64,000 bases of DNA, taken from assembly GCA_963810935.1 (NCBI GenBank), contig CAWEPK010000005.1:224001-288000 (forward strand). The letters run 5' to 3'. Below the pieces are notes generated by a model. The model was not told the DNA's origin. It was given only the letters and a program-made list of their open reading frames with translations, and did no database searches. Shown in pieces: positions 10,445 through 21,019 of this stretch. Position numbers and translations under genes: made by a program. The stretch is from an uncultured delta proteobacterium (GTDB lineage Bacteria > Desulfobacterota > Syntrophorhabdia > Syntrophorhabdales > WCHB1-27). Each line of letters opens with the position of its first letter. Within the stretch, counting starts at the first letter, position 1.

Positions 10445-11629
10445 TTATTTTACTGGCTCCAGGCCATAAATGAGAATGGTATGCTCGGCGTTGGCCCCGC
10501 TCAGGTTGTGCGTCAGGCCGATGTCGGCGCCCTTTACCTGATTGCGTGCCCTGCCCTGGAGCTGCTTCATGATCTCGGTGCCCTGCCTGATGCCCGTTGC
10601 GCCGAACGGGTGGCCGACGGCAAGAAGGCCGCCATCGGTGTTGACGGGGACCTTTCCGCCGATCTCGATCTGCTTGGAGCTACAGAACGCGCCGCCCTCG
10701 CCCTTCTTGCAGAAACCAAGCTCCTCGACCTCGATGACTTCCGAGATGGTGAAGCAGTCATGCGTCTGGGCAACTTTGATGTCCGAAGGGGACACCTTCG
10801 CCCTCTTGTACGCCTTCTCCGCCGCTACCCTCGTATGCTTCCAGTCGGCCAGGTGCTCGCCGGGGAAGTTGACGGAAAGGCTGGAGAGCGACGTCTGCGC
10901 GCAGCCCCTCAGGTAAACCAACGGCCTGTTCGTATATTTCTTTGCGATCTCGTCCGTCGTTATGATGCAGGCGGCAGCGCCGTCCGTAATCGGGCAGCAG
11001 TCATACAACGTAAGGGGCGGGACTATCGAAGGCGCGTTCATCGCCTCCTCCAGCGTCAGAGCCCTCTGCATCTGTGCTACGGGGTTGGTGGCGGCGTAAT
11101 TGTAGTTGGCTACGGAGACGGCCGCCAGGTCTTCCTTCTTCGTGCCGTAATGGATCATGTGCTCCTGCGCCGTTAATGAAAAGAAGGGCGGCGGCAGGCC
11201 CATGCCGTGCGTCGCTTCCCAGTCATGGTCAACGGACGCCAGCTCGCTGTAGAATATTTCCCACTTCTGCGGGGTATAGAGCTTCTCTCCGCCTGTAACC
11301 ATGACCATATCGGCGTTGCCCGACTCTACGAGGCCTTTCGCAAGTATGATGCCCGTGCTTCCGCCTGCGCAAAGCGTATCGCATCTCGTGCATATGGACG
11401 TCGGCTTCAGGCCGAGCCTCTCTGCTACGACAGGGGCGGTATTGACCTGGAAAGAACATCTTCCGGCATACGACGTGGCCACGATGATGCCGTCAATGTC
11501 GAGCGGCTTCAGCCCGGGTATGTCGTCCAGGCAAGCCTTTCCGGCTTCCTGGAAAAGGTCCATAATGTGGGCTTCCCTGACGCCCCACTTACCCTGACCC
11601 CCTCCCAATATCACTGCGTTTCTTGACAT
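10445..11629 (-). CDS. SCP2/SCP-x-type thiolase
   Basis: CAGGS, CCPITDGAAA, HDCF, VNTDGGLLAVGHPFGATG, THNLSG; AGGAGG RBS before MSRNAV. Confidence 0.92.
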   Translation of the reverse strand: MSRNAVILGGGQGKWGVREAHIMDLFQEAGKACLDDIPGLKPLDIDGIIVATSYAGRCSFQVNTAPVVAERLGLKPTSICTRCDTLCAGGSTGIILAKGLVESGNADMVMVTGGEKLYTPQKWEIFYSELASVDHDWEATHGMGLPPPFFSLTAQEHMIHYGTKKEDLAAVSVANYNYAATNPVAQMQRALTLEEAMNAPSIVPPLTLYDCCPITDGAAACIITTDEIAKKYTNRPLVYLRGCAQTSLSSLSVNFPGEHLADWKHTRVAAEKAYKRAKVSPSDIKVAQTHDCFTISEVIEVEELGFCKKGEGGAFCSSKQIEIGGKVPVNTDGGLLAVGHPFGATGIRQGTEIMKQLQGRARNQVKGADIGLTHNLSGANAEHTILIYGLEPVK

Positions 11630-11649
11630 GGAATCCTCCTTGAGTCTTT

Positions 11650-12430
11650 CTATTTGCCTTTGAAGACGGGTTTCCTCTTTTCCGTAAACGCCGCAAAACC
11701 CTCGCGTCCGTCCTCCGATACGTACGTAGTAACGAAGCACTCGTTCTCGAAGTTGAGCGCTGTTGCAAGGTCCATGCTGATCCCGTTGTCCATTGCACTC
11801 TTCAGGACCATCATGGCAACCCTTGGCTTGGCGGCGAGTTTTTTCGCCATCGTCATCGCCTCTTCCAGCAGCGCCTCTTTCGGCACCACCTTGTTGACCA
11901 GGCCGATCCGGTACGCCTCTTCGCCGCTTACTATTTCACCGGTGAAGAGAAGTTCTTTCGCCTTTCCCATCCCTACGAGCCTCAGGGAGCCTCTGCGTGC
12001 CGCCCGAGCCCGGGATAATACCGAGGTTGATCTCGGGGCAGCCGAGCTTCGCATCCGTTGTGGCAATCCGAAGGTCGCACGCCAGGGCAAGCTCAAGTGC
12101 GCCGCCGAGGGTAAAGCCGAAGACTGCGGCTATCGTGGGCTTGCTCATGCCCGCTATCTTATCGAGGCAGCCTCTGGAGATTTTTCCAAAGGCGTAATAC
12201 TCGGGTATCGATTTCCCGGCCACCTCTTTGACATCGAGGCCGGCCGTGAAGATCTTCTCGCCGACCGCCGTGAAAATAACGGCCCGAACCGAGTCGTCCC
12301 GATCCAGCTCTGAAAAAGCGTCGTACAGCTCGCCGTATGCCTTTACGTTGAGCGAATTCACGGGAGGCCTGTTCAGCTTTACAACCGCGACGCCTTCTTC
12401 TTTCTCTATGAGTAAGGATTCGTACGCCAT
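11650..12430 (-). CDS. Enoyl-CoA hydratase/crotonase (frameshift near 11985)
   Basis: LNRPPVNSL, AGLDVKE, GGALELALACDLR, PEINLGIIPGSGGTQRL; C-terminus in ORF 11650..12096. Confidence 0.92.
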
Positions 12431-12454
12431 TTCCTCCTCCTTATCCGCTGCTTC

Positions 12455-13308
12455 TTAGTACTGGTACCAGCCGCCGCCCGTCTTCCTGCCCAGGCGGTTC
12501 GCCTTGATCATGTCCTTCATCAGCCTCGGGGCGACCCACTTCAGCTCTTTGTTCATTTCCGAGTGTAGGTAGTTCGCTACGTGATAGGCGATGTCGATGC
12601 CGGTAAGGTCCATCAGCTCGAACGGACCCATCGGATAGTTGAGGCCCAGCTTAGCCGCCTTGTCGATGTCCTGCGGGCTGGCGATGCCTTCCTGAAGCAG
12701 CCATATGGCTTCGAGGAAGTGGGGCATCATGAGCCTGTTGACGACGAAGCACGGGATGTCTTTCTTGACTTCAATGGGCTCCTTGCCGAATTTCTTCGAC
12801 AGGTCCAGGGCGACGGCGATCGTCTCGTCGTTTGTATGGAACCCGCGGATCACTTCTACCAGCCGCATAAGAGGCACAGGGTTGAAGAAGTGCATGCCGC
12901 AAACCTTCTCCGGCCTCGACGTCGCGTTGGCGATCTCGGTGATCGACATGGACGACGTGTTCGTCGAAAGGATGGCGTCCTTCTTCGTGATCTCGTCCAG
13001 GGCCTTGAAGGTCTTAAGCTTGATGTCCATGATTTCGGGAACAACCTCGACTACGAAGTCGGCATCCTTCATGTCTTCAAGCTTCGTCGTGCCCTTGATC
13101 TTCCCGAGGACCGCGGCCTTTGCTTCTGCCGTCATCTTGCCTTTTTCGACGCTCTTCGTGAGGAATTTATCGATGCTTTTTATTCCCCCTGAACGAATTT
13201 CTCATCGATATCGCTCATGATTACGTCATAGCCGGCTGCGGCGGCCACCTGAGCGATGCCGTTACCCATGGTACCGGCGCCAACTACGCCTATTGTCTTG
13301 ATATTCAT
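12455..13308 (-). CDS. hbd: 3-hydroxybutyryl/3-hydroxyacyl-CoA dehydrogenase (frameshift at C5 run near 13187)
   Basis: MNIKTIGVVGAGTMGNGIAQ; STNTSS, GMHFFNPVPLMRLVE, YPMGPF. Confidence 0.92.
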
Positions 13309-13594
13309 CGGACACCTCCAGTTTCATTAGTTGATTTGGCTACAAAGGAAAATAAGTACAAGATACTAATTATATACCTATAATGAATGGAGCATGTCAA
13401 CTTAATTCTAGCCCGAATCCGCTCTACCCTTTGAGAAAGCGATAAGTTTTCCGCACATATGTATATGCGGCCGAACATGAAAAAAGATTCACTAGGTTCA
13501 CGGTACTGAACGTTATGTGACAGACAGTACTACGCGAACCACGGCATGTAGTATACTAATGAGTTGGCCTTTACGTCTTTTCAAGGAGGCTTGC

Positions 13595-14521
13595 TTGATA
13601 GTCGGAACAACCGGCCCCCTGACGGATGACTTCTTTGTCATCGGACTCGCCTGGTCCCCCGTCTACTTCCTTAAAGGGAGAAGGCCTGTGCTTTTCGAAG
13701 CAGGTTTTGCCTGCTCGGCGAGGATATCGTCGGATGCAATAAGGTCTTTGTCGGTCATGCCGCCTTCGATGCTCTTCCTGACGCACGTGCATTGGGACCA
13801 CTGCGGGGCGGCCGCTTACCTGAAAGAGGCGTTTCCCGGCCTCATTGTCGCCGCATCAGCCAGGGCGTCCGCTATCATGGCCCGCCCCCACGCCAGGGAC
13901 CTCATGGAAAAACTGAGCGAGAACGTAGTGCCTCTCGTCGCGGACCTTCCCGGTATCGATGAGAAGACAATCCGCGGCCTCCCCTTCCGGCCCCCTGCGG
14001 TCGATACGGTCGTCGAAGACGGGCAGGTAGTCGAGCTGGACGATGACCTGACCGTAACCGTAATGGCAACGCCGGGTCACACGCGGGACCACATGAGCTA
14101 CTACATACCGGAAAAGCGCATCCTGGTCGCTACGGAAGCGTGCGGCGTGCTCGACCGGGCGGGCAACGTCGCTACTGAGTTTATCGTCGATTACGATGCG
14201 TACGTCGCCTCCCTGAAGCGCCTGGCCGCGCTGCCGGTGGATATCCTCTGCCAGGGGCACCACTTCGCCTTCGTCGGCGCGGACGAGGTCCGCGCCTTCT
14301 TCGCGCGCTCGCTGGACGCAGCGGAGCGCTTCAGGGACACCGTGTACCGGCTGTTGCAGGAGACGGGAGGCGACGAGAAAGAGGTGGTCAGGAGGGTCAA
14401 GGCAGCACAATGGGATAGCAATACATCGGTAAAGCAGACGGAAACGGCCTACCTCATCAACCTGAGCAACCGGGTCGCCCATCTGGCCGAAAAATTGAGG
14501 AAGGGCGGCGGCCTTCCATGA
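13595..14521 (+). CDS. MBL-fold metallo-hydrolase
   Basis: THVHWDHCG, TPGHT, CQGH; AGGAGG RBS before TTG at 13595. Confidence 0.88.
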   Translation: MIVGTTGPLTDDFFVIGLAWSPVYFLKGRRPVLFEAGFACSARISSDAIRSLSVMPPSMLFLTHVHWDHCGAAAYLKEAFPGLIVAASARASAIMARPHARDLMEKLSENVVPLVADLPGIDEKTIRGLPFRPPAVDTVVEDGQVVELDDDLTVTVMATPGHTRDHMSYYIPEKRILVATEACGVLDRAGNVATEFIVDYDAYVASLKRLAALPVDILCQGHHFAFVGADEVRAFFARSLDAAERFRDTVYRLLQETGGDEKEVVRRVKAAQWDSNTSVKQTETAYLINLSNRVAHLAEKLRKGGGLP

Positions 14522-15258
14522 AAAGCGCTTTATTCACGGCCACCCTTTTCTGCCTCCTTCTTGCCTTGTCCGCTGCGGCGCAGCAAGGCTGCGGCAGCAT
14601 CGTTATCGCCATCGACGCGGGCCATTCACCGGATGCGCCGGGCGCGACGAGCGCCAGGGGGAAGCCGGAGCACGCCTTCAACGACAGGCTTGTAGGGCTC
14701 ATACTGGAACGCCTTCACGCAGCCGGCTTTACCCGTGCCTTCATCGTCCCCGTGAAGGCCGGCGGGCTTTCTCCTTCCGGGAGGGCCGGGGCGGCAAACG
14801 ACGCAAGGGCCGACCTTCTTATATCGGTCCATCACGATTCGGTGCAGCCCGCTTATCTTTCCGAGTGGTCCTACGACGGCAGGACGCTTCTCTACTGCGA
14901 CAAATTCGACGGTTATTCCCTTTTCATCTCCGGCCCCGAAGATACCGGCAACCGGGCCCTCCTGTTCGCCCGCATACTGGCGGCACGGTTGATCTCTGCC
15001 GGGCTGAGGCCGTCCCACCATCACGCGGAAGCAATACCCGGCGAGGCCAGGCACGCAGTCGATGCGGAAAAAGGCATATACCGCGACGACAACCTCGAGA
15101 TACTGAAAAGGGCGCGCGTGCCGGCAATACTGGTAGAGGCAGGCGTTATCGCAAACAGGGACGAAGAAGCGATGCTCGAAACGCCCGCCTACAGGGAAAG
15201 GATTGCGGAGGCAGTTGTCTCTTCGGCCGGGGAATATTGCTCGGCCTTACAAAAATAA
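14518..15258 (+). CDS. N-acetylmuramoyl-L-alanine amidase (Amidase_3)
   Basis: Signal peptide; IDAGH, E..FN, SVHHD, ILVEAG. Confidence 0.88.
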   Translation: MKSALFTATLFCLLLALSAAAQQGCGSIVIAIDAGHSPDAPGATSARGKPEHAFNDRLVGLILERLHAAGFTRAFIVPVKAGGLSPSGRAGAANDARADLLISVHHDSVQPAYLSEWSYDGRTLLYCDKFDGYSLFISGPEDTGNRALLFARILAARLISAGLRPSHHHAEAIPGEARHAVDAEKGIYRDDNLEILKRARVPAILVEAGVIANRDEEAMLETPAYRERIAEAVVSSAGEYCSALQK

Positions 15259-15269
15259 CGGAGGCCAAG

Positions 15270-16293
15270 ATGGTGCCGGAAAAAGGCAAAGACGCGAAAC
15301 CCCTCGCTTACGACGAGCGCGAGGCGATCATGCGGGAGATGATGGGCTTCTGGCAGATACGCATCGTCCTGACAGCAGCGGAGCTCGACTTGTTTACGCT
15401 TCTCAACGGCGCCCCGTCGAGCGCTGCCCGGCTGGCTGCGGCCGCCCGATGCGACGCGCGCGCCCTGGAACGCCTCCTCGATGCCCTCGCAGCCACAGGC
15501 TTCGTAAAGAAAGAAAGGGACGTCTTTGCCCTCTCGGCCAAAGGATCGCTCCTCGTGGCGGGCCGCTCCGGGACCGTCCTGCCGATGCTCCTTCATTTCA
15601 ACGAGCTGTGGTCTAAATGGAGCCGGCTGACCGAGGTCGTCCGGACGGGTCTGCCTGTGGAAAGAGAGGCAGGGGATACGGGCGAGGCAAACCGGCGGGC
15701 CTTCATCGGCGCAATGCACGCGGTAAGCCTGCGCCTTTCGATGGAGATGGCGTCCGCCTTCGACGCCTCCCGGTTCAACCGCCTTCTCGACATAGGCGGC
15801 GGCTCCGGCGTTTACACCATAGCCTTCCTCAAGCGGAACCCGGCCATGACCGCCGTCCTCTTCGACGTGCCCCAGGTCACCGCCATGGCGGCGCAGTTTA
15901 TCGAAGCGGAAGGGCTGGCCGGAAGGGTGGCGCTCGTTTCCGGCGATTTCTGTGTGGACGAGCTGCCGTCCGGCTGCGACCTGGCGCTGCTTTCCGCAAT
16001 CATCCACCAGAACGACCCTGCCCGGAACGTCGAGCTTTACGGAAAGGTCTTCCGCGCGCTAAGGCCGGGAGACAGCCTGCTCATCCGTGATTTCGTAATG
16101 GACGCATCCCACACGAGGCCGGCCGGAGGCGCCCTCTTCGCAGTCAACATGCTTAGTCGGCACGAGCGGAGGAAGTACTTACTCGTTCGATGAAATAAGT
16201 GCGGGGCTGGAAAAAGCGGGCTTTAGCGCAGTGCAGCTTCTCCGCGCGTCCGACGGCATGGACGCCCTGATATCGGCGAAAAAACCGGGATAG
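15270..16293 (+). CDS. SAM-dependent O-methyltransferase, Methyltransf_2 family (frameshift near 16155)
   Basis: TAAELDLF dimerisation region, LLDIGGGSG, GDF, SAIIH; shifted frame gives GGSTYSFDEI..LEKAGF. Confidence 0.88.
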
Positions 16294-16316
16294 AAGACCC
16301 CAGGATACCGCCGGTT

Positions 16317-17222
16317 TTATTCTTTCGGCAGGCGCTGTCTCAATGCGGCAGCGAGGGTCTCCCCCGAGGCATCATCTTTCAGGCCCGAAGCACCGACGAC
16401 AAACCTGCCGGAGCGGGAGAGCACCATCTTTTTATATAACGGGTCGTTCACGCGCAGGAGACTCTCGTCTTTGCCGACAGCGGTCTCCGACCCGCCTTTC
16501 GACGACTTCAGATATTTCGCGTATTCGTCGAGCGCCCGTATCGCTGCATCAGTTGACGGAAACAGCATGACGAACATCTTCACCCGGTCCTGGCCGATCA
16601 GGTCTTCCGCTGTCAGGCCCCTCCCGAAGAAGCCATACCCGAGGAGACCTGAAGGGTAGTACCGGTCGGTCAAAGGGACGGCGCCGGGGACCTTGAGCAA
16701 TTCGAGCTCTTTAGGTTTTTCCCGCCCGTCCGGGAGGCCCTTCGATATCGTCTCCGCGCATGAGCGGAACACGGCTGCATCACCGGTCGAGGCCCCCGAG
16801 ACCTCTATGCGCACGAAATAACGGTCCTGGTAGAACATCAACTGCGATTCGTCGGCAAAGCCTTCCGCACCTATCGGGACAAGGTTTGCACCGGGGCTGC
16901 GGTAACTCCCGTAGATACCGAAGGCATCGAGAAGCGACCCCATCCTGAAGATGGTCGCAACGATGCCGTAGCCTTTGACGCTCGCCTTCGCGTACCTTAC
17001 GGTTGCAGCTTCCGAAAACCCGTAAGGCATATACATCTCCGCCTCTCCGTCGATGTACTTGTAGAGTGTCGCGGGGGTATAAGTCGCGGGCTTCCCTTCC
17101 ATCGACCAGCCGGGCGCGAACTTCGCCGGCAGAAGTGCTCCTGCCGCCTTTTCGGCAGCGGCCGCGGGAAGGGCAAAGGCGATTATCAAAACGGCGACTA
17201 TCGCGGAGATGCTGCGCATCAT
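16317..17222 (-). CDS. Secreted hypothetical protein (DUF6599-like)
   Basis: Signal peptide; LYKYIDGEAEMY, DAFGIY; overlaps the stop of the aldo/keto reductase gene. Confidence 0.7.
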   Translation of the reverse strand: MMRSISAIVAVLIIAFALPAAAAEKAAGALLPAKFAPGWSMEGKPATYTPATLYKYIDGEAEMYMPYGFSEAATVRYAKASVKGYGIVATIFRMGSLLDAFGIYGSYRSPGANLVPIGAEGFADESQLMFYQDRYFVRIEVSGASTGDAAVFRSCAETISKGLPDGREKPKELELLKVPGAVPLTDRYYPSGLLGYGFFGRGLTAEDLIGQDRVKMFVMLFPSTDAAIRALDEYAKYLKSSKGGSETAVGKDESLLRVNDPLYKKMVLSRSGRFVVGASGLKDDASGETLAAALRQRLPKE

Positions 17223-18370
17223 GCGAAAAGACTCTGCGCCTGACGCATCTTCCCGGCTATGTCGAGGCCGTTGACACACTCGGCTACGCATTCCTTGCAG
17301 GCCGAGCAGCGCCGGGCGCCGGGCGCCCCCCTGTATGTAGACTTCGCAAGCGCATACTCCCTGTAACCTTCCGCGTACATAAGCGCGCGGTTGACGACGC
17401 TTATCTGCACGCCGTTCGGGCAGGTCGGCTCGCACTTCGCGCACAGCCTGCAGAAATACCCGTCGATGGCCTTTGCGTATTCCTCGACTATGCGCCGGTC
17501 CTTGTTCGTAATGCGGGCAGTCATGAGCGGCAGCATCTGCCTCACCTGGTCGAGCGTCTTCATGCCGGCTATGGCGCACGCCACGTTCTCGTCCTGCATC
17601 ACCCATTTGAATGCTGCGGCGGCCTGTTCGGGGCTCAGGGGCTCGTTCCCCTTCCTGTATCCGCCCATCTGGATCTTCATGGCAACTATGCCGACGCCTG
17701 CCGCTTTAGCCCGCGCTATGGCCTGTTTTACCGAAGGGTCACTCTTCGCGTTGTATCCCACGAGGACTACGTCGAAGAACTTCTCCGGGTCGTTGACGAC
17801 CGCGTTGATTACATCCGCCTGGTTCGTATGCGTCGTGACCCCCAGGAACCTCACCTTCCCCTGCTTCCGCAACGTTGCGTACGCCTCGCGCACCTCGGGG
17901 ATGAAGGCCCGCTTACCGTCGGTGAGGTTGTGTAGCTGGATCACGTCGATATGGTCCGTGCCGAGGCTCTTCAGGCTTGTCTCGACATCGGCGACGATCG
18001 TCTCCCGCGTGTTGGAGTCGGGTTTTGTCTTGGTGGCTAAATAAATCTTGTCGCGTATGCCCTGGATGGCCCTGCCTACTATCGACTCGCTTCTGCCGTT
18101 TAAGTACCTGCGCGCAGTATCGACATAATTGATGCCCGAATCGATCCCGGCCCGTATCACCTCGTACTCGGGGGTTAGCATCGCGCCGAAGCTTAAGGTA
18201 GTCACCTTCAGGCCGGTCCTTCCGAGGGTGCGGTAGGCAAGCTGAGGCTCCTGTCCGGCATGGACCAAGCTCTCAAGGCCCCCGACGCCGATTGCGGCGG
18301 CGGCTGCACCGGTCACGCCTGCCTTCAGGAAATCCCTTCTGTTAATGGAGCACGATTCCGGTTTTTTCAT
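17219..18370 (-). CDS. Tat-exported aldo/keto reductase with C-terminal Fe-S cysteine motifs
   Basis: NRRDFLK Tat signal; YRTLGRTGL, DTARRY, LATK, QLHN; CRLCAKCEPTCP and CSACKECVAEC. Confidence 0.9.
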   Translation of the reverse strand: MKKPESCSINRRDFLKAGVTGAAAAAIGVGGLESLVHAGQEPQLAYRTLGRTGLKVTTLSFGAMLTPEYEVIRAGIDSGINYVDTARRYLNGRSESIVGRAIQGIRDKIYLATKTKPDSNTRETIVADVETSLKSLGTDHIDVIQLHNLTDGKRAFIPEVREAYATLRKQGKVRFLGVTTHTNQADVINAVVNDPEKFFDVVLVGYNAKSDPSVKQAIARAKAAGVGIVAMKIQMGGYRKGNEPLSPEQAAAAFKWVMQDENVACAIAGMKTLDQVRQMLPLMTARITNKDRRIVEEYAKAIDGYFCRLCAKCEPTCPNGVQISVVNRALMYAEGYREYALAKSTYRGAPGARRCSACKECVAECVNGLDIAGKMRQAQSLFA

Positions 18371-18499
18371 ATCTCCTCCTCGAGGTCCTTTGACCGGTTA
18401 TATGAGAATTCTATCCTCTTCCCGTCCCTGATGCAAGTAGCGATAGAGACCGGGGCAAATAGATTCGGCGCATGTTCCGAGGCGGTTCAATTTTTTTAG

Positions 18500-19321
18500 C
18501 TAATCGGGCAAGCGTGAAATGGAGCGGGCTGCCGGGCGCTTTTTTTTGTCGGCCTGGGATGCAATGACTCTCGCTTTGATGTCCGGGCTCTGGAAGGCAT
18601 GCTCTTCGCGGAATGATTTCTCCAGCGTTATCAACCGCTCGCCGAATTTTATCGCGTGGAAGCGCATGGCCTCATAGGCCCCTTCGCTGTCCTTTCTCAA
18701 CACCACCTCGACGACAGGCAGGTGCCAGTCGCCCGGGTGCATGTCCCAGGGATCGGGGTTTATGACCTTCACTACCTCCCGCGTCAGCTTCAGCATAGAG
18801 TGAACGAGGCTCTCGTAGAAACGGTTGCCGCACATCTCGGCCAGTATAAAGTGGATTGCCTGCTTCCTGCCGATGTCCTCCCGCAGGGGCACAGCGGCCA
18901 GGTTCTCCGCGGCCGATGCCGCGCTGAGGCGTTCGGCGTATTCGTCCGTCAGGTGCCGGGCCGCAAGGCGCGCCACTTCCGGCTCGACGAGCACCCTCAC
19001 CTGGTGCAATTCGGGTATGGAGATCTTGTTGCTGAGAAAAAGGTCCAGGTACGTATAGGTCAGGTGCTCGAACGTCAACTCCGTGACGAACGCGCCGCCC
19101 GTCGGCCCCAGTCGGACGCTGATGAAACCGGCATTGCCGAGGACCCGCAGGGCCTCGCGTATGGCGACACGGCTGACCTCGAATTCTTCGGCGAGCTGGC
19201 GCTCGGAAGGCAGCCTGTCTCCCGCCTTGAAATTCCCCAGCAGGATAGACTGTTTAAGCTGGCCGGCCACCTCCTCGGAGACGCGCGACTGCTTGATCGG
19301 CTTAAACCTGCGTACATCCAT
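18500..19321 (-). CDS. GntR/FadR-family transcriptional regulator
   Basis: GDRLPSERQLAEEFEVSRVAIREAL plus FCD-like C-terminal domain. Confidence 0.92.
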   Translation of the reverse strand: MDVRRFKPIKQSRVSEEVAGQLKQSILLGNFKAGDRLPSERQLAEEFEVSRVAIREALRVLGNAGFISVRLGPTGGAFVTELTFEHLTYTYLDLFLSNKISIPELHQVRVLVEPEVARLAARHLTDEYAERLSAASAAENLAAVPLREDIGRKQAIHFILAEMCGNRFYESLVHSMLKLTREVVKVINPDPWDMHPGDWHLPVVEVVLRKDSEGAYEAMRFHAIKFGERLITLEKSFREEHAFQSPDIKARVIASQADKKKRPAARSISRLPD

Positions 19322-19455
19322 AAGTTTCCCTTAAAATACGCCAATAGCTCCCGTCTGTCAATCTTATTATCATTAAAATTCTTGACATTAGTTAATGACT
19401 AAGGTCAAATGTTTATACCATTAAAAAATAACGGACGCGATGCTTTCATATAGGG

Positions 19456-20946
19456 GTGCAGATGAACGTTGCCGCCAATTTAGAGAGATCAGCCCTTTTC
19501 TTCCCCAATAACCCGGCCATAAGCCAATCCGGCAGTGAAATGACGTACGCCCGCCTCGATGAGGAATCGGCCTTGATCGCCTCCGCGCTGATCGAAAGCG
19601 GGATAGCGCCCGGAGACCACGTAGCCCTTTGCTCCGCCAACCGTGCGGAATGGATCTCCTTTTACTTCGGCGTGCTGAAGGCGGGCGGCGTAGCCGTCAC
19701 CCTGTCGGGGGCCTTGACCTTCGACGAGCTTGCCCTGCTGGTCGGCCACGCGAAGCCGCGCATAATCTATACGGACAGGGCGGACGAGATGGCGCGTATC
19801 CTCGGCGATAATGCCGGCGGACGGATTATAAACCCCAGCGGGCCTCTCGATGTGTCAGCCTTCTGCGGCCGCGCAAAGGGTCGCGTAAAGGCGCTCGACC
19901 GCGACAGGACGGACGTGGCCGCGATCCTTTATACGGGCGGCACAACAGGCATTCCCAAGGGCGTTATGCTGACCCACGAGAACATCAACGTGTCGGCCCA
20001 CAACGTCGCTTTCAGCGAGCGGTCTACCGAGAATGACCGCGCCCTGCTCTTCCTGCCGCTGAACCACGTTTTCGGCCAGATGCACATAATGAACGCGACC
20101 ATCCTTTCGGCCGGCTGCCTGGAGCTTCTGCCGGTATTCAACCTCGATCAGGTCCTCGACCTGCTGAAAGAGGGGCGGGTGACCAAGCTCTTTGCGGTCC
20201 CGACCGTCTTCACGCGCCTCCTTGCGTTGCCCGACCTCAAGGAAAGGCTCGGCGCCGTGCGGTACTGCTTTTCTGCTGCGGCCAGCCTGCCCGCTGAAGT
20301 CATTCGCAAATGGAAGGAAGTGACGGGCATCGATATCTCGGAAGGATACGGGATGACGGAATCGGCCTCCGCGGTCACCTACAACCATTATTACCGGCAT
20401 GTCGTCGCCTCGGTCGGCGGGACCGTTCCGGGAGTCGAGGTCGAGATCAGGGACATCTCCGGCAACCGGCTCGCTCTCGGGCAGGAAGGGGAGATATGCA
20501 TCAAGGGGCACAACATAATGAAGGGCTACCTGGATAATCCGGAGGCTACGGCCGAGGCCTTCTGGCCAGGCGGCTGGTATCGCTCGGGCGACATCGGGGT
20601 GCTCGACGGACAGGGCTACGTGTTCATCGTCGACCGGCTGAAGGACATGATTATAACAGGCGGAGAGAACGTCTACCCCCGCGAGGTGGAGGAGGCTATC
20701 TACCTGAGGCCCGAAGTGCAGGAGTGCGCGGTGATCGGCGTGCCCGACAAAGAATGGGGCGAGAAAGTAGTCGCCTTTATCACCCTCAAGGAAGGGCAGG
20801 CTTTAGACGCACAGGCGATGAAGTCGTTCCTCAAGACGCGCATATCGGTCTTCAAGGTGCCTAAGGATTATATTGAGACGAAGGAGTTGCCCAAGAACGC
20901 CGCCGGAAAAATCCTGAAACGCGAGCTGAGACAATGGGTCCGGTAG
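19456..20946 (+). CDS. Long-chain-fatty-acid/acyl-CoA ligase
   Basis: YTGGTTGIPKG, EGYGMTE, SGDIG, DRLKDMIITGGENVYPREVE, PKNAAGKILK. Confidence 0.93.
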   Translation: MQMNVAANLERSALFFPNNPAISQSGSEMTYARLDEESALIASALIESGIAPGDHVALCSANRAEWISFYFGVLKAGGVAVTLSGALTFDELALLVGHAKPRIIYTDRADEMARILGDNAGGRIINPSGPLDVSAFCGRAKGRVKALDRDRTDVAAILYTGGTTGIPKGVMLTHENINVSAHNVAFSERSTENDRALLFLPLNHVFGQMHIMNATILSAGCLELLPVFNLDQVLDLLKEGRVTKLFAVPTVFTRLLALPDLKERLGAVRYCFSAAASLPAEVIRKWKEVTGIDISEGYGMTESASAVTYNHYYRHVVASVGGTVPGVEVEIRDISGNRLALGQEGEICIKGHNIMKGYLDNPEATAEAFWPGGWYRSGDIGVLDGQGYVFIVDRLKDMIITGGENVYPREVEEAIYLRPEVQECAVIGVPDKEWGEKVVAFITLKEGQALDAQAMKSFLKTRISVFKVPKDYIETKELPKNAAGKILKRELRQWVR

Positions 20947-21019
20947 ACGTGACAGGTGAAATAATGCCGCCGGTCCGGGCGGTGGAACAAAAAAACCAAT
21001 AGCATTAAGGGAGGAAACG

